Shown here: one piece after another, positions 1 to 10,443 of the stretch
Layout: each line of letters begins with the position of its first letter
How positions within the stretch are numbered: position 1 is the first letter of the stretch
Assembly: GCA_965248835.1 (NCBI GenBank)
Contig: CBDFLJ010000001.1
Coordinates: 1,344,001 to 1,408,000, forward strand
Length of the DNA stretch: 64,000 nt
Source: Alphaproteobacteria bacterium
GTDB lineage: Bacteria > Pseudomonadota > Alphaproteobacteria > MPNO01
Direction of reading: 5' to 3'
Made by a program: the position numbers and the translations under genes
Notes under the pieces: generated by a model
Seen by the model: only the letters and a program-made list of their open reading frames with translations
Database searches by the model: none
Told to the model about the DNA's origin: nothing

Positions 1-288
1 ATGCTCGCCGTCCAGGCCGACGGGGCGGAGGTCTGGACCATCGAGGGCATGTCCGACGCCGGGGAGATCGCCGACCTCCAGGAGGCCTTCATCAACCGCA
101 ACGCCCTGCAATGCGGCTACTGCACGCCGGGCATGCTGCTGACCGCCGCCGAGATGATGGAGCAGGGCCGCAAGATGACCCGCACGGAGATCCGCGCGTT
201 CCTTTCGGGAAACTACTGCCGCTGCACCGGCTACCAGGCGATCGTCGATGCCGTCGAAACGGTGATGGAAAGCCGATTTGGTGGCTGA
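1..288 (+). CDS. (2Fe-2S)-binding small subunit of a xanthine dehydrogenase/CoxS family enzyme, 5'-truncated by window edge
   Basis: QCGYCTPG and GNYCRCTGY iron-sulfur motifs; overlaps the start of the Mo subunit. Confidence 0.92.
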   Translation: MLAVQADGAEVWTIEGMSDAGEIADLQEAFINRNALQCGYCTPGMLLTAAEMMEQGRKMTRTEIRAFLSGNYCRCTGYQAIVDAVETVMESRFGG

Positions 289-2656
289 CGGCGGCGCGAT
301 CGGCCGTTCGATCCGCCGCAGCACTGTGCGCAAACTGGCTTTCGGCCGCGGCAAGTACGCCGACGACCTGCGCTTTCCCGGCCTGCGCCACGCCGCCTTC
401 GTCCGCAGCCCCCACGCCCATGCCCGGATCCTGCGGATCGCCCCGCCGGACAGCGCCGGCGGGCGCGTGGTCACCGGCGCCGAGCTGGCAAGGATCTGCA
501 AACCGATGCAGGGCACGGTCGCGCATCTGCCGGGGCTGGTCTCGCCGCCGCAATATCCGATGGCGGTCGACCGCGCGGTCTGGCAGGGCGAGCCGGTGGC
601 CGCCGTGGTCGCTTCATCCCGGGCCGAGGCCGAAGACCTGGCCGAGCAGGTGGTGGTCGACTACGAGCCGCTGCCGGCCGCCGCCGTTCGCGAACGCGCG
701 CTCGATGACGCCGCGCACTTGGTCCATCCCGCGCTCGGCAACAACCTGTGTTTCGCCAACCAGGTCGGCGCCGGCGATGTCGAGGCCGCGCTCGCCGGGG
801 CGGCCCATGTGGTCGCGCATTCCTTCAGCTTCGCGCGCCAGACCGGCGTGCCGCTGGAGCCGCGCGGCGTCATCGCCGACTTCGATCCCGGCGAGCGCCG
901 CCTGACGATCCACGGCACCCACCAATCGCCCTGGCAGCAGCAGGATTCGCTGGCCCATCTGCTCGGCCTGCCGGACCATGCCATCCGGGTGGTCACCCCC
1001 GATATCGGCGGTGGGTTCGGCATCAAGCTGCATGTCTACGGCGATGAGGTCGCCGTCGCCGCCCTGTCGATGCTGCTCGGCAAGCCGATCAAGTATGTCG
1101 CCGACCGGCTGGAGTCCTTCCTCGGCGACATCCACGCCCGGGATCAGGCGGTCGAGGCCAGGATCGGCGTCGACGCCGACGGGCGGCTCCTGGCCATGAG
1201 CGTCGATGCGCTGACCGCGGTCGGCGCCTATTCGGCCTACCGACGGTCGGCGATCAGCGAGGGCATGATGACCGTCAACCTGGCCGCCGGCGCCTACGCG
1301 CTCAAGATCTATTCCGGTCGGCTGCGCGCGGTGTTCCAGAACAAGCCGCCCTCGGGCATGTACCGCGCCGTCGGCCAGCCGATCGCCTGCGCGGTCACCG
1401 AGCAGATGCTCGACTGGGCTGCGCAGGCCGCCGGCATCGACCCGCTGGAGATCCGCCGGCGCAACCACCACCGGCCGGACGCCTACCCGGTCCGTATGCC
1501 CTCAGGCGTGACCGTCACGCCGCTGAGCCTCGATGCGTGTCTCGACACGCTGGTCTCGATGATGGACTACCCGGGCCAGCGGCGGCGCCAGGCGGCGATG
1601 CGCGCGAGCGGCGTCCACCGCGGAATCGGCGTTGCGACCTTCCTGGAGATGACCTCGGTCGGGCCGACCTATTACGGCCCGGCCGGATCGCGGGTCAGCA
1701 CCCAGGACGGCGCGACGGTGCGGCTCGAGCCCTCGGGCGCAATCCGCTGCGTCACCTCCGCGGTCGAGATCGGGCAGGGAACGCTGACCGGGATCGCCCA
1801 GATCGTCGCCGACCGGCTGGGCGTCGCGCCCGAGGACGTCAGCGTTTATGCCGGCGATACCGCGATGGTGCCCTATGGCGGCGGCGCCTGGGCCTCGCGC
1901 GGGTTGACGATCTGCGGCGAGGCGGCGTGGCGGGCCGCCGACGCTTTGGGCGAGAACATCCTGCGGCTTGCCGGCACGGTCCTGCAGTCCGCGCCTGAGG
2001 CGCTGGCGCTCGCCGAGGGCTTCATTTGCGACCGCGCAACCGGCGCGCGGCGGATGAGCCTCGCCGAGCTCGCGACTATCGGCCATTTCCGCCAGGACAC
2101 GCTGCCGCCGGACACCCAGCCCGAGCTGGCCGCGACGCGGCACCATGTCCCCGACGCTGCGCCGTTCGCCCTGGCCAACGGGGTCCAGGCCTCCCTGGTC
2201 GAGGTCGACATCGAGACCGGCGCGATCCGGCTGCTGGAGCATTGGGTGGTCGAGGATTGCGGGCGCATGGTCAACCCGCTGCTGGTCGACGAGCAGATCC
2301 GCGGCGGCGTCGTCCAGGGGATCGGCGGCGCCCTGTTCGAGGAATGCCGCTACGACGCCGACGGCCAGATGCTGAACGCGACCTTGGCCGACTATCTGGT
2401 GCCGATGGCGGGCGAGCTGCCCGATATCCACATCGGCCATGTCGAGACGCCGAACGCGGGCACCCGGCTCGGGGCCAAGGGCGCGGGCGAGGCCGGCACG
2501 GTCGGCGCGGCGCCGGCGGTCATGCTTGCGGTCAACGACGCGCTGTCGCCCATCGGCGCGCGCATCGACCGTTGGCCGATGACGCCCGAGACGGTGTTGA
2601 ACGCGATCGCCGCAGCGCCCGCCTCGAACGGAAGCGCCCGGCCGTCACCCGGCTGA
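278..2656 (+). CDS. Xanthine dehydrogenase family molybdopterin-binding large subunit (CoxL/CutL-like)
   Basis: 792 aa; RSPHAHARI, GGGFGIK, GQGT, AKGAGEAG motifs; active-site loop YRAVG, not the AYRCSFR of form I CO dehydrogenase. Confidence 0.92.
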   Translation: MVADGGAIGRSIRRSTVRKLAFGRGKYADDLRFPGLRHAAFVRSPHAHARILRIAPPDSAGGRVVTGAELARICKPMQGTVAHLPGLVSPPQYPMAVDRAVWQGEPVAAVVASSRAEAEDLAEQVVVDYEPLPAAAVRERALDDAAHLVHPALGNNLCFANQVGAGDVEAALAGAAHVVAHSFSFARQTGVPLEPRGVIADFDPGERRLTIHGTHQSPWQQQDSLAHLLGLPDHAIRVVTPDIGGGFGIKLHVYGDEVAVAALSMLLGKPIKYVADRLESFLGDIHARDQAVEARIGVDADGRLLAMSVDALTAVGAYSAYRRSAISEGMMTVNLAAGAYALKIYSGRLRAVFQNKPPSGMYRAVGQPIACAVTEQMLDWAAQAAGIDPLEIRRRNHHRPDAYPVRMPSGVTVTPLSLDACLDTLVSMMDYPGQRRRQAAMRASGVHRGIGVATFLEMTSVGPTYYGPAGSRVSTQDGATVRLEPSGAIRCVTSAVEIGQGTLTGIAQIVADRLGVAPEDVSVYAGDTAMVPYGGGAWASRGLTICGEAAWRAADALGENILRLAGTVLQSAPEALALAEGFICDRATGARRMSLAELATIGHFRQDTLPPDTQPELAATRHHVPDAAPFALANGVQASLVEVDIETGAIRLLEHWVVEDCGRMVNPLLVDEQIRGGVVQGIGGALFEECRYDADGQMLNATLADYLVPMAGELPDIHIGHVETPNAGTRLGAKGAGEAGTVGAAPAVMLAVNDALSPIGARIDRWPMTPETVLNAIAAAPASNGSARPSPG

Positions 2657-2970
2657 GGCACCGCCGCGCCGAGACGCCCAAGCGGGCGGATGATGCGCTA
2701 ACGCCGCCTTCCTTCCTGATGGGACTCGACCTCGGAGCGGCAGGCGCGTCGTGCCGCCTGGCCCGGAGGCCCACACCGTCTCGTCATCCATCCCCGCGCG
2801 GATGATATCCCTGGGTGATCGCGGCCCCGGCAACGCTCTTTGTTCGCCGCCGTAAAGCGAAGCAGGGACGCTGCCGTCGCGTGGGTGCCGGCAGCCGGTC
2901 TTCGGCTCGACCGAGGCCGAATTTGCGTCGAATGCTGCCGCAATCGCTGCGCCGGCCTTGTCATGTCCGC

Positions 2971-3093
2971 ATGGAGTTCGAATGGGACGGGGCCAAGAGC
3001 GATCGCTGCTTTGCGCACCGCGGTTTCGACTTCGCCTACGCCATCCGAGCCTTCCTCGATCCGGACCGGATCGCCGGCCGAGACCCGCGCCGC
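2971..3093 (+). pseudogene. BrnT-family toxin, N-terminal remnant
   Basis: MEFEWDGAKSDRCFAHRGFDFAYAIRAFLDPDR matches BrnT N-termini; similarity stops after about 40 aa; no brnA follows. Confidence 0.7.
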
Positions 3094-3153
3094 GCTCTAT
3101 GCCCGCCGATCTCCGAGACCGCCGTTCTTGAGCGCAACAGACGGCTCGTCGCG

Positions 3154-3990
3154 TTACCAGGGGCGGCGGTTGATCGCATACTCGCCTTCGCCGCGCCTGA
3201 AGGGCTGAACGAGCATTTTGTGCAGATGCAGATCGCCGGCCTCGCGAAAGGTGTCGAGGCCGATCGTCATTGCTTCATGCCCAAGACGTGGCTGCGCCCG
3301 ATAGGTACCGAAGAGACGGTCCCACCATGGCAGGTTGAACCCGAAGTTGCTGTTGGTTTCGGCGGGAATGGCGGAATGGTGGACGCGGTGCATGTCCGGC
3401 GTGACGACGATCGACCGCAGCACGCGGTCGAGCCCCAACGGCAGGCGCACATTGCCGTGATTGAACATCGAGGTGGCGTTCAACAAGACCTCGAAGATGA
3501 CGACGGCCACGGCCGGCGGGCCGATGACGATCACGGCGGCGAGCTTAGGCAGAACCGACAGGATGATCTCGATCGGATGGAACCGGACACCGGTCGTCAC
3601 GTCGAAGTCGAGATCGGCGTGGTGCATGCGATGCAGCCGCCAAAGCGCGGGCACGGCGTGGAACAGGACGTGCTGCAGATAGATGATGAGATCCAGGACG
3701 ACGACCGAGAGCACGACCTCCAACCAGAGCGGCAGTTCGACCAGGTTGAGAACGCCCCAGCCGCGACTCCCGGCCATGACGGCCAACGCGACAGGCGCCA
3801 GGGGAACGAGGAGCCGCACGGCCACCGTATTGAAGACCACCATGCCGGCGTTGCTGTACCAGCGAAGCCAACGGGGCTGCGTGAGCGCTCTGCGCGGCGT
3901 CGCGAACTCCCACAACGCGACGAGAGCAAGGATGCCGAGGAAGAAACCGAGTCTGACCGCCGGTTCGTTTGCGCTGATGAACGCCGACAT
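3154..3990 (-). CDS. Sterol desaturase / fatty acid hydroxylase family membrane protein
   Basis: His boxes HVLFH, HRMHH, HRVHH; NFGFNLPWWDRLFGT; start taken at MSAFIS (ATG 3990). Confidence 0.9.
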   Translation of the reverse strand: MSAFISANEPAVRLGFFLGILALVALWEFATPRRALTQPRWLRWYSNAGMVVFNTVAVRLLVPLAPVALAVMAGSRGWGVLNLVELPLWLEVVLSVVVLDLIIYLQHVLFHAVPALWRLHRMHHADLDFDVTTGVRFHPIEIILSVLPKLAAVIVIGPPAVAVVIFEVLLNATSMFNHGNVRLPLGLDRVLRSIVVTPDMHRVHHSAIPAETNSNFGFNLPWWDRLFGTYRAQPRLGHEAMTIGLDTFREAGDLHLHKMLVQPFRRGEGEYAINRRPW

Positions 3991-4294
3991 TTCGTCATCC
4001 TGACGAGCACATTTCGCGCCGCCGGCCGGACTTCGGCGCTGGCAGGGGCGTCCCGGACGCCTTGCTTGCGGCATTGGCGCCGCCGGGGCTGCACTCGCCG
4101 CCGATAAGGCGCGCCGACTTCATTGTCGCAGCACTCCCAACCGGGTCAACCGAATTGGTGCCGCCTCGATGACGCGGGCGGGTTCGCCGGCATCGATCAG
4201 GGGAGCCCGATCACCGAGGCGGCACGCGAGGCCCGGGGACGATTGGAGGGCGTTCGACTCCAGGCGAACCGACGGCCCTTCGATCACATCACCG

Positions 4295-5110
4295 CTACGT
4301 TATCTTGTGGTAGCCCGCGTTCTCCGCCGCGTGCTGACGGCCGATCAGCTCGTCGAACACCTCCGGCGACACCGTTTCGAAGCGCCGCAGCAGAAGCGCC
4401 TCCCGGGTTGCTGCCATCTCGGGTGCCGTTGCCACCGCGAGCAGCGCCTCCACCAGCCGCTGCCGGCCCGCGTCGTCGGCATCCAGCGAGGTCACCATGG
4501 GCGGGATCGGCGCCGGCTCGGTGGTGGCGACGACCCTTACCCGTCCCGCCGACGCGGGGTCGTGGTGACGCAGCAGATCGAGGGCAAACCCGTCGACCGC
4601 TGCGACGTCGGCCTCGCCCGCGTGGAGCGCATCGAGCACCGCTCCCTGCCGCATATAGGGGCCGACCACGTCGCCGAACAGGTTCGGCCGCTCCGGCGTC
4701 CGGTAGGGCAGCAGATGATAGCGCGCCGCGTTGTAGCCCGACTGCGAGTGCTCGGTCGAATAGGCGAAGCGGTGACCGAAAGTGTCCTCCAGGGATTCGA
4801 ACGAACTTTCCGCGGGGACCACGAAGTCGCTGACATAGACCGGGCGGTCGCCGTAGCGCGGCGGCGCGGGTACCGGGGCGGCCAGCAGGCGCGGTGGTTC
4901 GGCCGCTAGCGCCCACGGATAGCCGCACATGACGACGCAGCCCATGTCGGTCCGCGCCCAGAGCTCCTCCAGGCTCATCGGCACGTCGCGCGGAATCACC
5001 TCGTAAGCGATGCCGGCTGCCTCGCTCACCCAGCGAAGCAGGTCACCCCAGGCGGTGCCGAGGGAAGGCGACCATTCGTAGAGTCTGGCCGATCCGACCA
5101 ACCCATCCAT
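4295..5110 (-). CDS. PhnD/SsuA-like periplasmic substrate-binding protein
   Basis: MCGYP, SQSGYNA and ADVAAVDG motifs typical of phosphonate-binding-like proteins. Confidence 0.75.
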   Translation of the reverse strand: MDGLVGSARLYEWSPSLGTAWGDLLRWVSEAAGIAYEVIPRDVPMSLEELWARTDMGCVVMCGYPWALAAEPPRLLAAPVPAPPRYGDRPVYVSDFVVPAESSFESLEDTFGHRFAYSTEHSQSGYNAARYHLLPYRTPERPNLFGDVVGPYMRQGAVLDALHAGEADVAAVDGFALDLLRHHDPASAGRVRVVATTEPAPIPPMVTSLDADDAGRQRLVEALLAVATAPEMAATREALLLRRFETVSPEVFDELIGRQHAAENAGYHKIT

Positions 5111-5345
5111 GAGAACACCTCTCTTGGATCGAACCGCGGCGCGCCGTCTGCCCTCTGGCTTGACTGCGTTTTTCGGGCGCCGCTAGGCCGATCCACACTA
5201 CAACAAAGCAGCACGCCGGACATCATGCAGCTTGACGCCTATCGACTCCCCCTGTCGACCGTTCCGTCGAAGCCGCCGGCGTGTTCGACCGGGGTGGATG
5301 CGGATGGACGAAGCGCATTTCGTGACACCTGCGCGCGTGCGCCGC

Positions 5346-6635
5346 TCAAGACATTTCGGGATAGAGCCGCCTGGGCAACCACAGGCTGACCTCGGGCAGA
5401 TAGGTGACGATGGCGAGGCAGAACAGCGCAATGGCCAGCCACGGCAGCACCGCGCGCAACACCGTGAGATAGGGCTTGTTGAAGGTGCCGCTGGCGATGA
5501 ACAAGTTGAAGCCGAAGGGCGGCGTGATGTTGCCGATGTCAACGTTGACCGACGTCACGATCCCGAAATGCACCCCGTTGATCCCGGCCGCGGTGACGGT
5601 GCCGAGGAGGATCGGCACCAGGATGAGGATGTTGGAAAAGACGTCGATGAACATGCCCGAAACGAGGAACAACGCGTTCGCCAGCAGCAGCATGACCGCG
5701 GGCGACTGTTTGAGGTCGGCGAACGGCGCCACGATATCCCGGGTGATGCCGGAAATGGTGAACAGCCATGACAACAGGCTCGCCGCCCCCACCATGATGA
5801 GGATGCGCGCGCTGATCACCCCCGCCTCGAGGCAGACATCCCGCAGGCCCTTGAAGTCCAGCTCCCGATACACGACGACGCAGACGAAGGCGGCATAGAC
5901 GACCGACACCGCCGCCGCCTCGGTCGGCGTGAAGACGCCGCCGTAGATGCCGCCGATGATGACGATCGGCAGGCCCATGCCCCACACCACCTCGCGCGCG
6001 GCCTGCCACTGCTCGGCCAGGGTGGCGCGCGGGCGGCGCGGCACGCGGTTGGTGATCGACCACCCGACGCAGTAGAAGCCGTAGAGCAGCGCGAACACCG
6101 CCCCGGCGCCGATCCCGGCCATGAACAGGGCGCCGACTGACACGCCGGCGACCGCGCCGAACACGATCATGGCATTGCTCGGCGGGATGATCATGCCGAT
6201 CAGCGCCGAGCAGGTGATCACGCCGACCGAGAAGCGCTCGGAATAGCCCGCCGTGACAAGCGCCGGGTAGAGGATCCCGCCGACGGCAACGATAGTGGAG
6301 GCGCTCGAGCCGGTGATCGAGGCGAACAGGACGCAAGTCAGCACGACCGTCACCCCGAGCCCGCCCGGCAGGTGGCCGATCAGCGACTCGATGAACCTGA
6401 CGAGCCGCGCCGAAAGGCCGCCCTTGCCCATGATGTTGGCGGCCAGCACGAAAAACGGAATCGCCATCAGCGGGAAATTCTCGATCCCCGCGAACACGCG
6501 CTGCGGCAGGATCGAAAGCGGCATGCTCGTGGTCAGCGCGAAGACGAGGAACGCGGTACCGGTCAGCACGACGAACATCGGCAGGCTGAGGAACAGGCCG
6601 AGCGCCAGGAGCCCGAAGACGAGACCGGCCGTCAT
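5346..6635 (-). CDS. dctM: TRAP transporter large permease (DctM)
   Basis: Hydrophobic 429 aa; AIPFF, IIPPS, GVFTPTEAA, TPPFG motifs. Confidence 0.93.
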   Translation of the reverse strand: MTAGLVFGLLALGLFLSLPMFVVLTGTAFLVFALTTSMPLSILPQRVFAGIENFPLMAIPFFVLAANIMGKGGLSARLVRFIESLIGHLPGGLGVTVVLTCVLFASITGSSASTIVAVGGILYPALVTAGYSERFSVGVITCSALIGMIIPPSNAMIVFGAVAGVSVGALFMAGIGAGAVFALLYGFYCVGWSITNRVPRRPRATLAEQWQAAREVVWGMGLPIVIIGGIYGGVFTPTEAAAVSVVYAAFVCVVVYRELDFKGLRDVCLEAGVISARILIMVGAASLLSWLFTISGITRDIVAPFADLKQSPAVMLLLANALFLVSGMFIDVFSNILILVPILLGTVTAAGINGVHFGIVTSVNVDIGNITPPFGFNLFIASGTFNKPYLTVLRAVLPWLAIALFCLAIVTYLPEVSLWLPRRLYPEMS

Positions 6636-6671
6636 CGGACATTTCCTGGCGTGCCTCTCGCGGCCACGGCG

Positions 6672-7193
6672 TCAGTCGGCCAAGGTCGTGGAGCGTGCGC
6701 CGTCATCGGTCCCGACCGCGAGCGCGCGGCGCAGGATCTGCGCCGTGCGAATGCCCATCAGGAGGCTGCCGACCGGCATCGCCAGATAGGTCAGCCACAT
6801 CGGCGCCTCCAGGACCGGCGTGATCTGACCCGTGTCCATCACGCGCAGCGTGTGCAGACCGCTGTAATAGAAGAAGGCCGCGAAGAAGACGAGCATCGCG
6901 GTGCACACGAAGATCCTGAGGCGGCGGACGCCGACCGGCGGGAGCGCCAGCGGCAGCAGGTCGATGGATATGTGGCCGGACAGGCGCAAGGTGACGCTGC
7001 CGCCGACGAACACCAGCCACACGATGAGATACATCGTGACTTCCTCGGCCCACGACAGCGCCGAGAGAAACACGTAGCGCAGGATGACGTTGACGAACAG
7101 CAGGATGCTCGCCGACGCCATGGCGAGGGCAACGAACGTCGACTCGCAGAGCGACAGCGCCCGGTCGAGCCGCGCAAGCGCAGACCCGCGCAC
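6672..7193 (-). CDS. dctQ: TRAP transporter small permease (DctQ)
   Basis: NVILRY..SWAEE, GHISID; four TM segments; lies between dctP and dctM. Confidence 0.9.
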   Translation of the reverse strand: MRGSALARLDRALSLCESTFVALAMASASILLFVNVILRYVFLSALSWAEEVTMYLIVWLVFVGGSVTLRLSGHISIDLLPLALPPVGVRRLRIFVCTAMLVFFAAFFYYSGLHTLRVMDTGQITPVLEAPMWLTYLAMPVGSLLMGIRTAQILRRALAVGTDDGARSTTLAD

Positions 7194-7242
7194 CCGGGCG
7201 CTCCCGTCCGAGGTCGACGCGGCGCCGCGGTCCCGCCTCAGG

Positions 7243-8235
7243 CTACTTCATGGTGGCGGACTTGACGGCATTCCGTATGAGGTCGAGGGTCGCGGTGCCC
7301 TTCTTCCTGGCGTACCAGTCATAGACACGCACCGACGCCTTCTGGAACATCGCCCGCTGGTCGTCCGACAGCGCGATGATCTGGACGCCGGCCTTGCGGA
7401 AAGTCTCCAGATGCGCGGCCTCGCTCTTGGCGATGATGTCCCGCTGATAGCGTCCGGCGGCCTGCGCCTCCTCGATCAGGATCTTCTGGACCTCCGCCGG
7501 CTGGCTGTCGAGGAACGACTTGTTCATCACGAAGATGTAGGCGATGAAGCCGTGATCGCTGAGGGTCAGGTATTTCTGCACCTCGAAGAAGCGCATCAGG
7601 GCGATGGTCGCGATCGGGTTCTCCTGACCGTCGACCACCTTCTGCTGGAGCGCGTTGTAAAGCTCCTTGAAATCGATCGCCACCGGCGAGGCGCCGAACG
7701 CCTTGAACTGTTCCATGATGACCGGCGCCGGCATGGTGCGGATCTTGTGGCCTTCGTAGTCTTTCGGCTGGCGGATCGCGAAGTTGCCGGTGAACTGCTT
7801 GAAGCCGCTCTCCCAGAAGGCGATGCCGTGCAGGTTGGCCTTGTTCAGAGGTTTCAGGATCTCCCCGCCCACCGGGCCGTCTACCACCTTGTAGAGCACC
7901 TCACGGCTGGGGAACAGGAACGGCAGATCGAGCACCTGGATATCGGGCACGATCGGCGCAATCCAGGCCGAAGGGAGCGCGACGGCTTGGATCGCGCCGG
8001 CCTGCAACTGCTCCACCATCTGCACGCCGGAGCCCAGGGTCATCGCCGGGAACAACTCTACCTCGTACGCGCCCTTGGTGCGCGCTTCGACGGCCTGCTT
8101 CCACTTGATCGCGGCCTGGTGGTGGGTGCTGGTCTCGGGCTGGTCGTGCCCGATCTTTATCACCGTCTGGGCGGCCACACCCGCGGTGAACGAGAGCCCG
8201 GCGGCGGCCAGGAGAAGTGTTCTGACGATGCTCAT
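7243..8235 (-). CDS. dctP: TRAP substrate-binding protein (DctP)
   Basis: Signal peptide; DLPFLF, KIRTM, ELYNALQQKVVDGQENP. Confidence 0.93.
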   Translation of the reverse strand: MSIVRTLLLAAAGLSFTAGVAAQTVIKIGHDQPETSTHHQAAIKWKQAVEARTKGAYEVELFPAMTLGSGVQMVEQLQAGAIQAVALPSAWIAPIVPDIQVLDLPFLFPSREVLYKVVDGPVGGEILKPLNKANLHGIAFWESGFKQFTGNFAIRQPKDYEGHKIRTMPAPVIMEQFKAFGASPVAIDFKELYNALQQKVVDGQENPIATIALMRFFEVQKYLTLSDHGFIAYIFVMNKSFLDSQPAEVQKILIEEAQAAGRYQRDIIAKSEAAHLETFRKAGVQIIALSDDQRAMFQKASVRVYDWYARKKGTATLDLIRNAVKSATMK

Positions 8236-8558
8236 ATCTCATTCCTCGAGTTGCTGTTCGCGACAAGGACGGGATACGCCACGCACGCACGGCGGCGCTC
8301 GGACCATCCTAGTGGCCCGACGCCTCCCGCGAAAGCGCGATTCAAGGGCATCGTGGTGCCGACGCTTCTTCTCTATCTACGGCGCGCATGACCGGCTGAC
8401 GCCGCCCGCGGGGGCGAAGATCTGCACGCACGGATCGATCGCAATCTCGCAGGCTGGCTTGCCGGCAACGGAAGCTGTGCGATACTGTCTGAGGGTATTC
8501 GAACCAAGCGCCGCTTGTCGGCCGGTGCGGCTCGCCGCGCGATCCATGGGAGCGCATC

Positions 8559-9639
8559 GATGAACCCCGAGCTCCTGTCCGCCCCATCGACCGGTCGATG
8601 GGCGCATTCGCCGGCTGCCATGTCATCGCCTGACGGGCTGACGATCGGCGCGCTCGTCCGGGCTGACGGCAGCCCGACCGCGCTCGCACGGGATCTCCAC
8701 GACGAACGGATCCGCATCCGGGGCTATGTCGCGCCGTCGCTGATCGCAGCACCCGGCCGGGTGCTGCTCACCGAGGCTTCGCTCGCTCCCTGTCAGCTCT
8801 GCGGCAATATCCACGGCACCATGGTGGGCCTGCAGGTCCAGCCCGAGACACCGATCGATACCGACATCGCGATGCACCAACCGGTCGAGGTCGTCGGGCG
8901 CTTGTTTGTCGGCACGGGAGAGAACGAGACGCGTGAGATCGGCCTGCGCTTGGCGCGGATCGTCCGGGTCCGTTCACTGGATGCGGAGATCGGCTCGGCC
9001 CGGCGTTGGCTCAGACGCGCGCTTGATGCACGGCCTCACGCAAAACCGCACCAGCGGCCGATCCGCCCCGCCCCTTCCGTTACCGCCGTGGGTCCGGCAG
9101 AGGTCATACTCACCAACGGCAAGATCCGCACCGTCGATGCCGCCTTCACCACCGCCGAGGCGGTTGCCGTGCGCGATGGGCAGTTCATCGCGGTCGGCCG
9201 TGCGGAGGAAGTCGAGCTGATCCACTCCCAGGCCTATAAAGCGGACAAGTCCAAGAAGTATCGCGTTGTCGCCTATACCAGCCGCGACATTCACGAGCTT
9301 TATGGCGTCGACGTGGTGCCGGCCGTCAACGTGAGCTATTCCAACAAGCTCGAAGCCCGGCCCGCCGCTTTCAAGGAGTTCAACCGGATGCTCAAGGAAT
9401 CGGTCGACTATGCGGTGGCCAATCCCCGCAAGGTCGGCGCAGCGATCAGCAAGGAGCACAACATCTCGCCGGATTTCTTCCAGGCGTGGCTCACCCGGTT
9501 CTCGTTCTTCCCGGCCACGGTGAGCAAGGCCGACGGCAAGGCGTTCGAAACCGTGTGGCAGGGGGCGAAGGAACTCGGCATCCTGAAGAGCTATCCCAAG
9601 GCCGAGTCGGTGATCTGGGAGCACGCGATCAGGGAATAG
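8559..9639 (+). pseudogene. Chimeric ORF: CxxC hypothetical domain + amidohydrolase N-terminal fragment + C-terminal half of an ABC substrate-binding protein
   Basis: Segment 1 has RIRIRGYVAP..APCQLCG; segment 2 (about 9095-9215) is AEVILTNGKIRTVD..AEAVAVRDGQFIAVG; segment 3 is Lys-rich and SBP-like, and directly precedes two NitT/TauT permeases. Confidence 0.6.
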
Positions 9640-9660
9640 CTCCGCCTTGGTCTGCAACCT

Positions 9661-10443
9661 TTGGCCAGGCTGACTTCAGACGCTGCGCGCCGCGACGTCC
9701 GGCGCGCAGCGCATTACTTTACGATCGGGTTCCTCGTTCTGTGGGCGGTCTACGCCCAGCTCTTCGAGCCTTTCATCATGCCCGGTCCGGTTTCGGTGGC
9801 GGTGCGGCTCTTCGAATTCTTCACCGACTATCACCTGGTGAAGCACATGTTCTGGTCGTTCGCCCATATCGGCGGGGCGATCCTGGCGTCTTTCCTCATC
9901 GGCAGCGCCCTCGCGCTACTGGTTTACTACCTCCCGGCCTTCGTGATCATGGTGCACGGCAGGCTCAGCCCTTTCCTGAATTCGTTCTCGGGGATCGGCT
10001 GGACGCTGCTCGCCATCATCTGGTTCGGGATCAACGACTTCACGGTGATGTTCGCGATCAGCATGGTCCTGATCCCGTTCTCGATCATCAACATGCGCGA
10101 GGGCCTCGAGGCGATCGATAAGGAATTGATCGAAATGGGGCAGAGCTTCGGGCGCGGGCGCTGGAAGCAGTTTCTCCTGCTGGTGCTGCCGTCGCTCTAT
10201 CCCTTCGTCTTCGCGACGCTCCGCATCAGCTTCGGCGTGGCCTGGAAGGTGACGCTGACCGCAGAGCTCTTCGGCGGCGATACCGGGCTCGGCTTTCTCC
10301 TCAATCTTGCGCGCCAGGATTTCGACATGCCGATGATCCTGGTGGTGATCATCGTCATCATTCTGTTCGTCTACAGCACCGACCGCTGGGTCTTCGCCCC
10401 CATACAGGCTCGGCTGGCAAGGCATCATGCAGCCCTCCGCTGA
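9661..10443 (+). CDS. NitT/TauT-family ABC permease
   Basis: TM helices; EAA-like loop IDKELIEMGQSFG; WKVTLTAELFG. Confidence 0.88.
   Translation: MARLTSDAARRDVRRAAHYFTIGFLVLWAVYAQLFEPFIMPGPVSVAVRLFEFFTDYHLVKHMFWSFAHIGGAILASFLIGSALALLVYYLPAFVIMVHGRLSPFLNSFSGIGWTLLAIIWFGINDFTVMFAISMVLIPFSIINMREGLEAIDKELIEMGQSFGRGRWKQFLLLVLPSLYPFVFATLRISFGVAWKVTLTAELFGGDTGLGFLLNLARQDFDMPMILVVIIVIILFVYSTDRWVFAPIQARLARHHAALR

Noticed and set aside
278-2656. Aerobic CO dehydrogenase (form I coxL)
   Set aside because: Lacks the AYRCSFR active-site motif; the same holds for 29929-32265
4158-4226. Hairpin gtgccgcctcg...cgaggcggcac as an ncRNA or riboswitch
   Set aside because: Single GC-rich inverted repeat with no recognisable family motif or second copy
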